36,545 bases of DNA from Desulfosoma sp. (GTDB lineage Bacteria > Desulfobacterota > Syntrophobacteria > Syntrophobacterales > DSM-9756): NCBI GenBank assembly GCA_037481835.1, contig JBBFKW010000020.1:10985-47529 (forward strand). The letters are read 5' to 3'. The notes under the pieces were generated by a model. The model ran no database searches and was not told the origin of the DNA. It worked only from the letters and a program-made list of their open reading frames with translations. A program made the position numbers and the translations under genes. Shown here in pieces: positions 1 through 9,500 of the stretch. How positions within the stretch are numbered: the first letter of the stretch is position 1; the number at the start of each line of letters is the position of its first letter.

Positions 1-36
1 GTCTCAATCCCCTCAAAGCGGGGCCTGCCTTCGGAC
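1..36 (-). CRISPR. Single CRISPR repeat, likely the leader-proximal end of an array continuing left of the window: GTCCGAAGGCAGGCCCCGCTTTGAGGGGATTGAGAC
   Basis: 36 bp; ends in ATTGAGAC (ATTGAAAC-type 8-nt handle) directly after a CCCC-N7-GGGG hairpin; lies about 300 bp downstream of cas2. Only one copy is visible, so array status is inferred. Confidence 0.8.
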
Positions 37-340
37 TCTTACTTCCCAAAGCGGCGCCCTGTCAAGGTCGACGCGGCCGTTGCGGAGCATCCCCCTGAGG
101 GGTAACCCCTTTTACGGACCTGAAACCGCCGCCACGGGGCCCCTTTTCCCCCAATGCATCGATATCATTCCCATATTGCGATGCGGCGCACCGGTTTTCC
201 CCGTTTGCTGCATTTTCAATGGGTTAAATCTAAAAGCCCATCCCGGGCCCAGGTGCTCCGCAGGCCGCCGCGCTCTTTTAAAACCCAGAAACGGCTTTCT
301 CGGATCCGCGTCTTGCCCCATCTTCCCCTTGGCCACCGTC
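37..340 (-). promoter_or_regulatory. CRISPR leader
   Basis: Apparently non-coding stretch between the cas2 stop and the repeat, with A/T tracts and a TTGACA at 65-60 on the minus strand. Confidence 0.6.
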
Positions 341-625
341 CTAAAGCGCCCCGTAACTCTCCCGCTTGGGGGCTTCCCCCAATCCGATGTGCTCAAACGA
401 TCCCAAACACACTTCGCACTGGCGGTAAAACCGTACCGTGTCCGTCGTATGATCGATCAAACGGTCCAGCCGATCCATGAGCGTCAAGAGCTTCTTTTCA
501 GTCAGTCTCGGGCACTCGAACACGGATTTTTGCACCCGGTACCCGTAGCCCTTGAGCACTTTGACCACTCGGTACCGCGTCCTGTCATCGCTCACATCAA
601 AACAGACCACATAAAACATGGACAT
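341..625 (-). CDS. cas2: CRISPR-associated endonuclease Cas2
   Basis: 94 aa, YVVCFDVSDD...GYRVQKSVFEC signature; adjacent to cas1. Confidence 0.97.
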   Translation of the reverse strand: MSMFYVVCFDVSDDRTRYRVVKVLKGYGYRVQKSVFECPRLTEKKLLTLMDRLDRLIDHTTDTVRFYRQCEVCLGSFEHIGLGEAPKRESYGAL

Positions 626-658
626 GCCCCCCCAGCTCCAAACGAAGCAGCCTCTCCT

Positions 659-1705
659 CTAAAAACGCCGCCATGGAAACGGCTCGTACGATTGGGCCTC
701 GCCCATGAGGAATCGCAAGAAACGGCGCGCCTGATCCCGAACGATACCTCGGTAGGTTGTCATCGTGCCCGCAAAGGGACACTGGATGGGCGTCTTCATC
801 CATCGTTCGTAGGCATCCACAAATGCCCGAGCGATCTTCGGTTTCATCTCCACGGGACGGTGGGCTCGAAGATCCTCCTCATCCACCCCGTCGGCCGCCG
901 TCACCTCGCGCCGGATAAAATCATCAGGGCCCACCACTCGGCGGTTGATTAGCCCCAGGACCAACCGATCGCCCAAGTGCACGCGCCATTCCTCCACAAG
1001 ATCGCAGGCCAGGGAGGGACGTCCGTAATCTTCGGCGTGCAAGGTGCCCAGATAAGGATCCAAACCCACGATCTTCACGGCCGTGAGAACTTCGTTGGTG
1101 AGCAACGTGTAAGTGAAAGACAACAGGGCATTGACCGGATCCAGCGGCGGCCTCTTGGTCCGGCCGGAAAAGGGAAAGCCGGGGACACGGATGAGATCCT
1201 GAAACACGCCGAAATAAAGATGGGCGCCGCGTCCTTCAAGCCCGCGCACCAGATCCAGGTCCTCTTCCCAGGCCGCCATGCGGGCAAGCCCGAGGATCTG
1301 TGCCGACGCGTCCCGAAGCTTCTCCGCACCGTATTCGCCCGCCCGCCGCGAAAGAAAACGCGCCGCGTTTTTCAGTTTGGCCTCCACAAAAAGACGGGCG
1401 ATCCGCACGGCCTCCTTGGGATCGGTGAATTTCAAGTACTGGGCTTTGCGCCGCGCCACATGCTTGTGTTCATCCACCACGATCCGCCCTCGAAAATGAC
1501 CCCACGGGCTCAAAAGCACCGTTTCCACCCTGCGGCGCACCAGTTCGTCCACCACCGCCCCGCTCAGGGACGCGCCCACCAAGACCAATTGTTCCAAACC
1601 TTCCAGGGGAATCTGTCCCACCGGCTCGTTGTGGCGCCACACCACGAGGTGGTTGCCTTGCTTGCGTAAATGTGTGCCCGGTTCCAAGATGTAGTAGCGC
1701 TCCAT
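659..1705 (-). CDS. cas1: CRISPR-associated endonuclease Cas1 (no RT fusion)
   Basis: 348 aa; RGLEG, RPPLDPVNALLSF, GLDPYLGTLH and SLACDLVEEWR motifs carrying the catalytic E/H/D. Confidence 0.97.
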   Translation of the reverse strand: MERYYILEPGTHLRKQGNHLVVWRHNEPVGQIPLEGLEQLVLVGASLSGAVVDELVRRRVETVLLSPWGHFRGRIVVDEHKHVARRKAQYLKFTDPKEAVRIARLFVEAKLKNAARFLSRRAGEYGAEKLRDASAQILGLARMAAWEEDLDLVRGLEGRGAHLYFGVFQDLIRVPGFPFSGRTKRPPLDPVNALLSFTYTLLTNEVLTAVKIVGLDPYLGTLHAEDYGRPSLACDLVEEWRVHLGDRLVLGLINRRVVGPDDFIRREVTAADGVDEEDLRAHRPVEMKPKIARAFVDAYERWMKTPIQCPFAGTMTTYRGIVRDQARRFLRFLMGEAQSYEPFPWRRF

Positions 1706-1748
1706 GGGCCCCTCGCTCTGTTCTCTCCGCCCCCTCAGCCTGACCTCG

Positions 1749-2040
1749 CCCCCTCACCCTACCCTCTCCCCCTAAAGGGGGAGAGGGGAAAGGCATGGGC
1801 CTTGTGTCATCCTGCCCTTGCCCCCTCAGCCTGCCCTCTCCCCCTAAAGGGGGAGAGGGGAAATGCTTGGGCCCTGTGTCTGAAGGGGCAACTCTTAGGC
1901 TGCCCTCTCCTGAGGGGACAACCTTTCAACTGACCCTGCCCCTCTCCCCCTAAAGGGGGAGAGGGGAAATGCTTGGGCCTTGTGTCTGAAGGGGCAACTC
2001 TTATACTGACCTTCTCCCTTGAACGGGGGAGAGGGGGACC
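1749..2040. repeat. Cluster of four BoxC/REP-like palindromes
   Basis: CCCTCTCCCCCTAAAGGGGGAGAGGGG at about 1762-1788, 1834-1860 and 1940-1966, and a degenerate copy at about 2010-2037. Copies 2 and 3 share a further ~35 bp downstream (AAATGCTTGGGCC...GGGGCAACTCTTA). Confidence 0.85.
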
Positions 2041-2169
2041 TGGCTTCTTTTCCCAGCCGTGCGGCTTTCCAATGGGCAAAAGCCGAACAGTCCTGGAGTC
2101 GGCCTCTCGGTTCCTGGTGAACTATCCAGCTATAGATTCAGGAATGGCGAGGGCCGAAGAGGCCGGGAG

Positions 2170-3828
2170 TCAGCCTCTCGGTTCCCCCTTGGCGCCTTCG
2201 CGCTCCAAGAAGTGTTCCACCATGCGAAGGGCCTCCTTGAGTTCGTCCAGGGCGTCCCGCAGGTTTTCCACACGTTCCGCTTTGGCCGCCCCTTGAGGGT
2301 CGCGCCATTCGGGCCAATGGAGCAGGGGATGGGCGTAACGGATATCCCGGCCGAAAGGGCACCACGTGAGATCCAACCCCAACAGTCGATGAATCTTTCG
2401 ACACCCCAACGGGGTGCCTCGAATCCGCGACAGCTGGTAGTCCACGTAATGGGGATTGTATTCCGGCAGCGCTTGCAGCACATGGTGCAGCAAAACCCGG
2501 GCCCGCGGAAGGAAGCCGAGGGTACCGAAAAGGATCTTCTCCGCTCGAACCGTCAGCGTTCGCTGATGCCGGCATTCCACGAAAATCCGCCCCAAGGCCG
2601 GGCAGCGCTCCTCCAACACGGCCAGTTCGGGATAGTCGGCCGCCCACTTTTCCCGGCGCGGGTGCACAAGGACCGCCGCCCCGTCCGTGGACGCTCCGGC
2701 CTCCTGAAAGACCCGGGCCGGGATCCGCCGCACCTTTTCCAAAAGAGAAAGCTGGGCGTCCATGGTTCGGTCTTTGATATGAAGAAAATACGACGGTCGA
2801 CCCGTCAGCCGGTGGACCCCCAAGGGCAGTTTCACCAAATTGCCCAGTCCCTTGCCCTCCAAGCGATCCTGCTTGGGAAACACTTCCAGCTGGAAACAGG
2901 TGAGATCCGGTTGTATCCGGGAAACCAACCGCTGCAGCACCGACCGGACCAGCCCCGCCTCAAGAGGCTCCTCCAAAAAGAACCAAAAATGAAACCCCTT
3001 CCCCCCGCTGAATTCCACAAGACAGGAAAGATGCCGCTCCCGCGCCAGCTCGGAGAGTCTGCTCACAAGGTAACGCTGCTCGCGGCGCAGAAGATCCCGC
3101 TTGTGGGCACGCTCCTCCGAAGAACGCAGGGCTGCGTGGAGGTCCGCATCGATGACGCCGAGGCGCACCCGGCTGTCTCGCTGCAAAAGGTAGATGCCGT
3201 AGGTCTTCCGCCCCTGGAGATGGTCCAGGACATCGGCCGGCTCCATCGGACGCCGCACGGGCACATAGCCCTGGGTTCCTTCCTTGCGGTCCACCCACTG
3301 CCTGGCGAAACAATCCTCACGCCCTTGAAACAAGGCCATGTAGCGCGCCAACGCAGCCTCCCTCCGTCGCCATTCATAAAAGGGACCTTCCACCTGCGAG
3401 AAATCCTCTTCCGCCACTGAGGAACCCCCGCGGGGCGTTTCGGCCCAGGGAACCACGAGCGTGTCGGCTTCCGGGGCCGAGTCCCCCGGACCCCCTCCGG
3501 AAGTGGAAACCTCAGCCTGGCCTCGTCCCAGAAGTTCCAGCAAGGCCACGCGTTCCCGCCAGGCATCCACAAAATCCGGCATCCGGGTCGTGAGCCATTC
3601 CAGCACGGCGAGCCCCGCTGCCGCATCGCCCGCCGCCTGAGCCAGGCGTGCACAACGCAGGGCGTCCTGGGGAGGGAGTTTTTGCCAGAATTCGGGGCGG
3701 CGCACGATGCGCAACACCGATTCCAGGTCCCTGTTTTCAGCCACCCGCTTTTCCAAGTTCCGAAGCACCAGGGCGTAGTCCACCTTGGCGTCGGACAAGG
3801 GTTTGGATGAGGCTTTCGGCTTTTCCAT
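2170..3828 (-). CDS. CRISPR-associated primase-polymerase (CAPP, AEP superfamily) with short N-terminal TPR-like region
   Basis: FQGREDCFARQW, GIYLL, VIDAD (motif I), EFSGGKGFHFW (motif II), EVFPKQD and GLGNLVKLPLG; Cys-containing C-terminus; directly upstream of cas1-cas2. Start moved to ATG 3828 (AGGAGA RBS). Confidence 0.9.
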   Translation of the reverse strand: MEKPKASSKPLSDAKVDYALVLRNLEKRVAENRDLESVLRIVRRPEFWQKLPPQDALRCARLAQAAGDAAAGLAVLEWLTTRMPDFVDAWRERVALLELLGRGQAEVSTSGGGPGDSAPEADTLVVPWAETPRGGSSVAEEDFSQVEGPFYEWRRREAALARYMALFQGREDCFARQWVDRKEGTQGYVPVRRPMEPADVLDHLQGRKTYGIYLLQRDSRVRLGVIDADLHAALRSSEERAHKRDLLRREQRYLVSRLSELARERHLSCLVEFSGGKGFHFWFFLEEPLEAGLVRSVLQRLVSRIQPDLTCFQLEVFPKQDRLEGKGLGNLVKLPLGVHRLTGRPSYFLHIKDRTMDAQLSLLEKVRRIPARVFQEAGASTDGAAVLVHPRREKWAADYPELAVLEERCPALGRIFVECRHQRTLTVRAEKILFGTLGFLPRARVLLHHVLQALPEYNPHYVDYQLSRIRGTPLGCRKIHRLLGLDLTWCPFGRDIRYAHPLLHWPEWRDPQGAAKAERVENLRDALDELKEALRMVEHFLEREGAKGEPRG

Positions 3829-3898
3829 GGCCTTTCTCCTGAGGCTCATCGACGGTCGCAAAGGCCGGCACGCCCGCCAGGTCCAGGCCCCGCCGCCG

Positions 3899-5287
3899 TC
3901 ATTTCTTTGCGCTCAGAGCCTGGGCGATCTTCTTTTTCAGTTCCGCCAAATGGGGATAGCGAGGGCGCAAGGCGTTCAGGTCTGAGGCCGCTTTCCAGGC
4001 CTCCTTGTGCCGCCCCAGCCGATAGTTGGCCGCCGCTTCCCAAAAGAGGGCCTCGTCATGGGGGTTTTGATACGTCTGGCGGCAAAAATCGTTGGCTTCC
4101 CGGGCCCACTGGAGGCATTTTTCCAGGGCGTTTTCCCGAAAGGCGATCTTGGCCAGGCGCACCAGGGCCTTGTGACGCCCGCGGCGATCCTTTTCGGCGG
4201 CCTTTTTCAGCACTGCCTTGGCCTGCTCCAGGCGGCCCCGGGCCGCCAACACATCGGCTTCCGTCCACAGGACATAGGGACGGCGCCGGTGGGCCGGTAT
4301 GCGCGCCAAGGCTTTTTCCGCATCGTCAAACCGGCGCTGGGCCAAGGCCACCCGGGCGCGCAGTTCGAAGACGTAATCGTGGTCGGCGGGATCGGCCTGG
4401 ATCGCCGCAAAGTCCAAAGCCTTTTCGGCATCCTGCAGATTCCCCAAGGCGTAGTGGACCTTGCCCAAGGCGAAATACTTGTGCACCACCGAAAGATATT
4501 GGGAGGTGTCATCCTCGTGCAGGCACCGGGTGAGCACGGCCAGGGCGTCCTTGGCCCCGCCCAGGGCGAGGAGGCACGAAGCCCACTGATAAAGTGCCTT
4601 GACCACGTTCTTGCGTTCTTGGTGTCGCGCCTTTTTCTCCTCTTCATCCAAGGCGTCCCAGTTTTTGACCGCCGTCCGGAAAAGGGGCAGCGCCCGGTCG
4701 GGCTTGCCCTGGATGGCTTTGTAGAGCATGCCCTGCCGGTAGAACTGGGTGACGTTGTCCGGCTTCAAGGCCTGGGCCTTGGCAAAGTGCTTGTGCGCCA
4801 GTTCCATGCGGGCTTTTCGCTCTTCCGGGTGCAGGAGCACTTCCCGGTTTTTCGCCGCATAGAGGCTGTCGTAGGCCGTGTAGGCGAGCCGCCCGTGGGC
4901 GTGATAGTCCTCGGGGTTTTCCTGAACGCAGCGACGCGCCAGATCCAGGGCCGTGTCATGCCTTTTGAGATGACACAGGGCAAAGGCGATTTCCCCCCAA
5001 AGAGCCGGGCCGAAGCCCGCCTCCACGAGTTCGGGGAACCGCTCTTCCGCCGGGTGGAGCATATCCACCAGTTCCTGCCAGCGCGCTTCACCTCGCAGGA
5101 TCTCGATTTCGCTCCAGAGGCGACCGAAAGCCTTTTGCAGGTCCTTCGAACTCACCTCTTGGGCCGCCAGCTGGTCCAGAAAGGCGCTGTCCTGGTGCGC
5201 CGCCTCCGTGTCCGGCTCCTGCCCGTCCCCGGCAAAATCCTCCGGATCAAGTCCTTTCGGGTGTGCGGGTTTTTCCACCATGATCAT
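3899..5287 (-). CDS. Tetratricopeptide-repeat protein heading the adaptation operon
   Basis: 462 aa with repeated TPR-like helical units (e.g. YFALGKVHYALGNLQDAEKALDFA); GGAGG RBS; co-oriented with CAPP-cas1-cas2. Confidence 0.85.
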   Translation of the reverse strand: MIMVEKPAHPKGLDPEDFAGDGQEPDTEAAHQDSAFLDQLAAQEVSSKDLQKAFGRLWSEIEILRGEARWQELVDMLHPAEERFPELVEAGFGPALWGEIAFALCHLKRHDTALDLARRCVQENPEDYHAHGRLAYTAYDSLYAAKNREVLLHPEERKARMELAHKHFAKAQALKPDNVTQFYRQGMLYKAIQGKPDRALPLFRTAVKNWDALDEEEKKARHQERKNVVKALYQWASCLLALGGAKDALAVLTRCLHEDDTSQYLSVVHKYFALGKVHYALGNLQDAEKALDFAAIQADPADHDYVFELRARVALAQRRFDDAEKALARIPAHRRRPYVLWTEADVLAARGRLEQAKAVLKKAAEKDRRGRHKALVRLAKIAFRENALEKCLQWAREANDFCRQTYQNPHDEALFWEAAANYRLGRHKEAWKAASDLNALRPRYPHLAELKKKIAQALSAKK

Positions 5288-5344
5288 TCCTCCGTCCGAA
5301 AGCCGTTTTTAAGCCTGCCGAAAATCTTCGGCGCTCCCTAAAGA

Positions 5345-5373
5345 TCTACGGCGCGGAAGCCGAAATTTACAAA
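5345..5373 (-). promoter_or_regulatory. Putative alternative-sigma promoter, copy 1 (TPR-CAPP-cas1-cas2 operon)
   Basis: Minus strand TTTGTAAA-tttcggcttccgc-GCCGTAGA, ending about 58 bp before the TPR start. Confidence 0.7.
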
Positions 5374-5453
5374 AGGGGCTCGGCCGGGTCCGAGCGCCGG
5401 GGAAGGGGTTGACAAGAGGCCCCCGTTCATACGAAAAGTTTCACAATCCATGC

Positions 5454-5482
5454 TTTGAAAAACCCGGTATCGATGCCGTTAT
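5454..5482 (+). promoter_or_regulatory. Putative alternative-sigma promoter, copy 2 (cas6-csm operon)
   Basis: TTTGAAAA-acccggtatcgat-GCCGTTAT, same 13-nt spacer, about 95 bp before cas6. Confidence 0.55.
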
Positions 5483-5577
5483 GAACAGGCGAGGCCGTGG
5501 AAACCGAACCGGCAATGTCGGGACGCTTTCGGCGGGACCGGCCGTTTTTCCACACCCCAGGGTATTGAGAGGCAACC

Positions 5578-6555
5578 ATGACGACCGCACACCATGCTTT
5601 GCGCTGTGTCCGGGTGCGCTGGTGGATCCGGGCGCGAAAGACCATTGAACTTCCGAGCTACAAGGGAAGCACGCTCCGGGGCGCTCTGGGCATGGCGCTC
5701 AAGCACAGCTGCTGCGCCGCGCGCCAGCGGCCGTGCGAGGCCTGTCTCCTGCGCTTTTCCTGTTTGTACGTCTACCTTTTTGAAACGCCTCTTTTGGGCG
5801 AATCCCCGAATGATCTACGGTATCGCAACGCCCCCCACCCCTTCGTGCTCCAGATCGGCATGGACGGGCCGCTGCGCCTGGAACCCGGGGCGTCTTGGTC
5901 CTTCGACATGACGCTCATCGGGCGTGCCATCCAGTGGACGCCGTACCTCGTCATGGCCGCCCACCGCATGGGCGAGATGGGTATCGGCAAGGGGCGGGGC
6001 ACCTTCGACCTGGAACGGGTCGTTTCCTTGGACGCCCAGGGGAACCCCTGGGAAGACGTCTATGCCGACGGCATCCTGCGCCTGCCGGAAAGGAGCCTCC
6101 CCTTGACCGACGGCATGGACCGGGAAGAGCCGGCGCGGGGCGAAGCTTTCACTCTTCGGTTCCTGACCCCCGTACGGCTCATGGCCCAAGGGGAACCCGT
6201 GCGGGTTCCGGAGTTTTCCGTTCTTTTGGCCACACTCCTGCGACGTTTGGAAAACCTGCAGCGCTTCCACGGGGAAGACCACGGCGCCTTCTCTGTGCCT
6301 TTCATGGAACTCATGGAAAAGGCGCGCTCGGTTCCCATCGTGGAAAACCGCACCCGGTGGTTCGACTGGGAACGGTATTCCCACCGGCAGGGCCGAAAGA
6401 TGCGCTTGGGAGGCCTTGTGGGGGAAGCGGTTTACGGCGGGGACGCCCGGTATTTCGAACCGTATCTCAGCGCCGGCCGCTGGATCAACGTGGGCAAAGG
6501 CACCAGTTTCGGTCTCGGCCGATACGAGGTGCGTCACGACACGGAGGGGGAATGA
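5578..6555 (+). CDS. cas6: CRISPR pre-crRNA endoribonuclease Cas6
   Basis: GSTLRGALG, PHPFVL, FLTP and C-terminal VGKGTSFGLG glycine loop; Cys cluster near the N-terminus. Confidence 0.95.
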   Translation: MTTAHHALRCVRVRWWIRARKTIELPSYKGSTLRGALGMALKHSCCAARQRPCEACLLRFSCLYVYLFETPLLGESPNDLRYRNAPHPFVLQIGMDGPLRLEPGASWSFDMTLIGRAIQWTPYLVMAAHRMGEMGIGKGRGTFDLERVVSLDAQGNPWEDVYADGILRLPERSLPLTDGMDREEPARGEAFTLRFLTPVRLMAQGEPVRVPEFSVLLATLLRRLENLQRFHGEDHGAFSVPFMELMEKARSVPIVENRTRWFDWERYSHRQGRKMRLGGLVGEAVYGGDARYFEPYLSAGRWINVGKGTSFGLGRYEVRHDTEGE

Positions 6556-6558
6556 TCC

Positions 6559-9084
6559 ATGTTTTCCCGTGAACGGCGACATTCTTTGTGTTTGGCGGGG
6601 CTTCTTCACGACGTGGGGAAGTTCAAACAGCGGGCTGGCTCTTCCGAAGACCGGGGGCTGACCCACGGGGAAATCGGCTACCGGTGGCTGCGGGACCGCT
6701 ACGGCGAAAGCCTCATCGCTCTGGGAGCCAAGAACCACCACGCCTGCGACGAGGATGTGTGGTCCGACAACAAGTTGCTTGTTCTTTACGAGGCCGACAA
6801 CTGCTCCGCCTCCGAGCGGCGTTCCGTCTACGACAAGGCCCGGGATGTTTCCGCATCCTGGCACAAGGACGTGCCCCTGGCGTGTGTGTTTTCCCGGGTG
6901 CGGAACCCCCACGAGGACATCCCCACATCGGAGCCTCCCAAGGCCTACTGGGAACTTCCGTCCGAAGGCGACGCCGTTTCGGGATGGCATCCGCCGAAAA
7001 CAGAGGAAGGGAAAAATCCTCCGAAGGCTTACCAGGCCTTGTGGCAGGCCTTCCATCGGGAATTCGACGCTTTAAAAAGCCTGAATAATCACGAGAACGT
7101 CGACGCCGTGATGCATCTTCTGGAAAAATACACCGGATCCGTCCCGGCCATGACGCTGCGGGTCACAGGCGTCAACGACAGGCAAACCTACCGCAAACAC
7201 CCGGACGTTTCCCTCTTCGACCACTTGAAAACCACGGCGGCCTTCGCCCTGTGCCTGGCGGATTTTTACTGGGAGAAATACGGCGAGGAGTGGAACCGCC
7301 GCCCGCTCAAAGAAGAAATCACCGGGGCCGACACCTGGGCCGAAAATGCCCAATGCCCTTTTTTGCTGGTGGGCGGGGATCTTTCCGGCGTGCAGCGGTT
7401 TCTCTACACCATCTCGTCCAAAGGAGCGTTGAAGTCCCTCAAGGGCCGGTCGTTTTTCCTGGAACTCTTCTTGGAACACGCCGTGGACGCCGTCCTGGAC
7501 GCCCTGGGGCTCTTCCGCTGCAACGTGATCTTTACGGGCGGCGGCCATTTTTACCTGGTGGCGGCAAACACCCCAAAAACCGAAGCCGCCCTGCGGGAGG
7601 TCGGGGGCCGCCTGAACCGGTATCTCCTCCATGATTTCAACGGAGCCCTGGAATTGTTCCTTCGGTGGGTCCCTTTGCGAAAGGCGGACCTCAAGGACGT
7701 GACGGGACCCTGGCAGCGATTGTCCGGGGCTCTCGAGGACGCCAAGAAGAGAAAGGGAGAGGATTTTCTTCAAGAACTTCTCGCCGAACCCCGAGATCCG
7801 CACCCCGATTGCTACACCGACAAGTGCCAAGTGTGCGGCCGAGAAGACCGCCCCTTGGAGGTTTTGACCATCAAGGAAACGGCCATCCCGGTTTGTGAAC
7901 CGTGCCGTGACCAATACTTCTTGGGGGATCTGCTCCAACAGGCGGCTCGAAAAGGGCAGGCGCCGGTCATTTACCGATGGAACCGGGAACCGGAGGGAAT
8001 TTCCCGGGACCGCTACGTCCGCATCGAAAACCGCTTCTACCAGCCGGCGACGGGCCTCTTCGGGCGAAAGCACGAGGCATTGAACCGGGATGCCGACGCC
8101 GTTTTCCACCTGAACGATTGGGATTTGTCCCACTTTCAACATCCCGGAAGCCGCCCTCTTTTTGCGGGCATCTACCTTCCCCCCGAAGACGCGCCGCGGG
8201 ATCTGGAAACCATGGCCGAAAAGGGATTCGGCATGGGCCGTGTCGGGGTGGTGCGCATGGACGTGGATCGGCTTGGAAGGATTTTTTCCATGGCCCTTCC
8301 CGAAGGCGAGAGGACCTTTTCCCTGACGGCCTCCCTGTCCCGGCAGTTGAGCCTCTTTTTCAAGTACCACATCAACGGCGTTTTGGAAGGAGAGGACGGG
8401 TACCCGAAAAAAACGCGCCTGGCCGATCGCCCCGACGGGCCGAGGCTGGCCACCGTGGTGTATTCGGGCGGGGACGACCTTTTTCTCATCGGCCATTGGC
8501 TCGATGTCCTCGAGGCGGCGCTGGACATCCAAGGGGCTTTTGCAACCTTCACGGCCAATCCCCACATCACCGTTTCCGCGGGCATGGCCCTGGGAGGCCC
8601 CCACGAGCCGGTTTACCGCTTGGCGGACGAGGCGGGAAAAGCGGAAGACATGGCCAAGGCCCCGCGGCGGGACGGCATGAAAACCGTTCCAGGGCGCAAG
8701 GCCTTGACCCTCTTTGGGCGCCACGTCTTTCCCTGGAAGGAGCCCCGGAGGCCCGATGTGACCAAGGTCTTGGAGGCCCTGGGGCATTTGCAGCCTTTCT
8801 TGCAGGTCGACGGCGGGAGCCTGAAGACCCGGCCCAACGGCCTTTCCAAAGGCTTCTATTACAGGCTGCTGCAGCTCGTACGGCGCCAGCGCCGAGACGG
8901 CGTCTGGGTATTGCCCAAGCTGGCTTACCTGTTCGGCAGAACCCGGGTGGACGGCGCCTTGGAAAAGGATTGGATCGCCCTGAAGCACTACATCTTTTCC
9001 AGCAAGGCCGATGGGTGGCGCCACGTGGAAGCGGCGCTCCTCATCCTATTGATGATGATGCGCGAAGGAGGGTCGAAAACATGA
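6559..9084 (+). CDS. cas10: Type III-A Cas10/Csm1 with HD nuclease and cyclase motifs intact
   Basis: LLHDVGK (HD), PDVSLFDH, GGDLSGVQRF (Palm1), CQVC...CEPC Zn finger, RMDVDRLG and YSGGDD (Palm2). Confidence 0.97.
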   Translation: MFSRERRHSLCLAGLLHDVGKFKQRAGSSEDRGLTHGEIGYRWLRDRYGESLIALGAKNHHACDEDVWSDNKLLVLYEADNCSASERRSVYDKARDVSASWHKDVPLACVFSRVRNPHEDIPTSEPPKAYWELPSEGDAVSGWHPPKTEEGKNPPKAYQALWQAFHREFDALKSLNNHENVDAVMHLLEKYTGSVPAMTLRVTGVNDRQTYRKHPDVSLFDHLKTTAAFALCLADFYWEKYGEEWNRRPLKEEITGADTWAENAQCPFLLVGGDLSGVQRFLYTISSKGALKSLKGRSFFLELFLEHAVDAVLDALGLFRCNVIFTGGGHFYLVAANTPKTEAALREVGGRLNRYLLHDFNGALELFLRWVPLRKADLKDVTGPWQRLSGALEDAKKRKGEDFLQELLAEPRDPHPDCYTDKCQVCGREDRPLEVLTIKETAIPVCEPCRDQYFLGDLLQQAARKGQAPVIYRWNREPEGISRDRYVRIENRFYQPATGLFGRKHEALNRDADAVFHLNDWDLSHFQHPGSRPLFAGIYLPPEDAPRDLETMAEKGFGMGRVGVVRMDVDRLGRIFSMALPEGERTFSLTASLSRQLSLFFKYHINGVLEGEDGYPKKTRLADRPDGPRLATVVYSGGDDLFLIGHWLDVLEAALDIQGAFATFTANPHITVSAGMALGGPHEPVYRLADEAGKAEDMAKAPRRDGMKTVPGRKALTLFGRHVFPWKEPRRPDVTKVLEALGHLQPFLQVDGGSLKTRPNGLSKGFYYRLLQLVRRQRRDGVWVLPKLAYLFGRTRVDGALEKDWIALKHYIFSSKADGWRHVEAALLILLMMMREGGSKT

Positions 9085-9485
9085 ACGGAGGAAGGGAACA
9101 CGCCAACATTGGTCAGTTCAGGGGAGAACTGAGCGATCTCAAAAAGCTCAGCATGGAACGACTGGTAGAAATCGCCGATGCCGTCGGCGCCGCCATCGCC
9201 CGACGGGTGAAAATGAATCAGATTCGCCGGTTTCTCGACGGCACCCGCAAGGTGGAAGCGGAGCTGAAAGGCCAGAGAAAGTTTGAAGAAATCAAGGACC
9301 AGATCATTCTCCTTCGGCCCAAACTGGCCTACGCCGCCGGGAGGCATCAGGATGTAAAGGATCTGGCGGAAATTTTGGATGCCGCCGTGAAATCGGCGGC
9401 TCAGACCCAAGACAACTTCATGAAGTTTTTGCGGTTCATGGAAAGCATCATCGCCTACCACCGCTTCCACGGCGGAAGAGATTAG
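9081..9485 (+). CDS. csm2: Csm2 small subunit
   Basis: ATG 9081 overlaps the cas10 stop (ATGA); 134 aa with NQIRRF, LRPKLAYAAGR and FMESIIAYHRF. Confidence 0.95.
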   Translation: MNGGREHANIGQFRGELSDLKKLSMERLVEIADAVGAAIARRVKMNQIRRFLDGTRKVEAELKGQRKFEEIKDQIILLRPKLAYAAGRHQDVKDLAEILDAAVKSAAQTQDNFMKFLRFMESIIAYHRFHGGRD

Positions 9486-9500
9486 AAGGAGGAGACGACC

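Noticed and set aside
37..340. Copy of the TTTGNAAA-N13-GCCGT motif in the CRISPR leader
   Set aside because: Looked for by eye on the minus strand; only half-matches without correct spacing were found.
659..1705. RT-Cas1 fusion for RNA spacer acquisition
   Set aside because: Cas1 is 348 aa with no RT (YADD-type) domain, and no RT gene is present in the window.
1749..2040. Repeat cluster as a mini CRISPR array
   Set aside because: The units are long palindromes unrelated to the locus repeat, and the intervening sequences are uneven and partly duplicated rather than unique spacers.
5409..5440. TTGACA as a sigma70 promoter for cas6
   Set aside because: No convincing -10 hexamer at 16-18 bp spacing.
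7977..9080. Apparent 502-aa extended Csm2
   Set aside because: The extension overlaps cas10 out of frame; ATG 9081 with an RBS and ATGA coupling gives a normal 134-aa Csm2.
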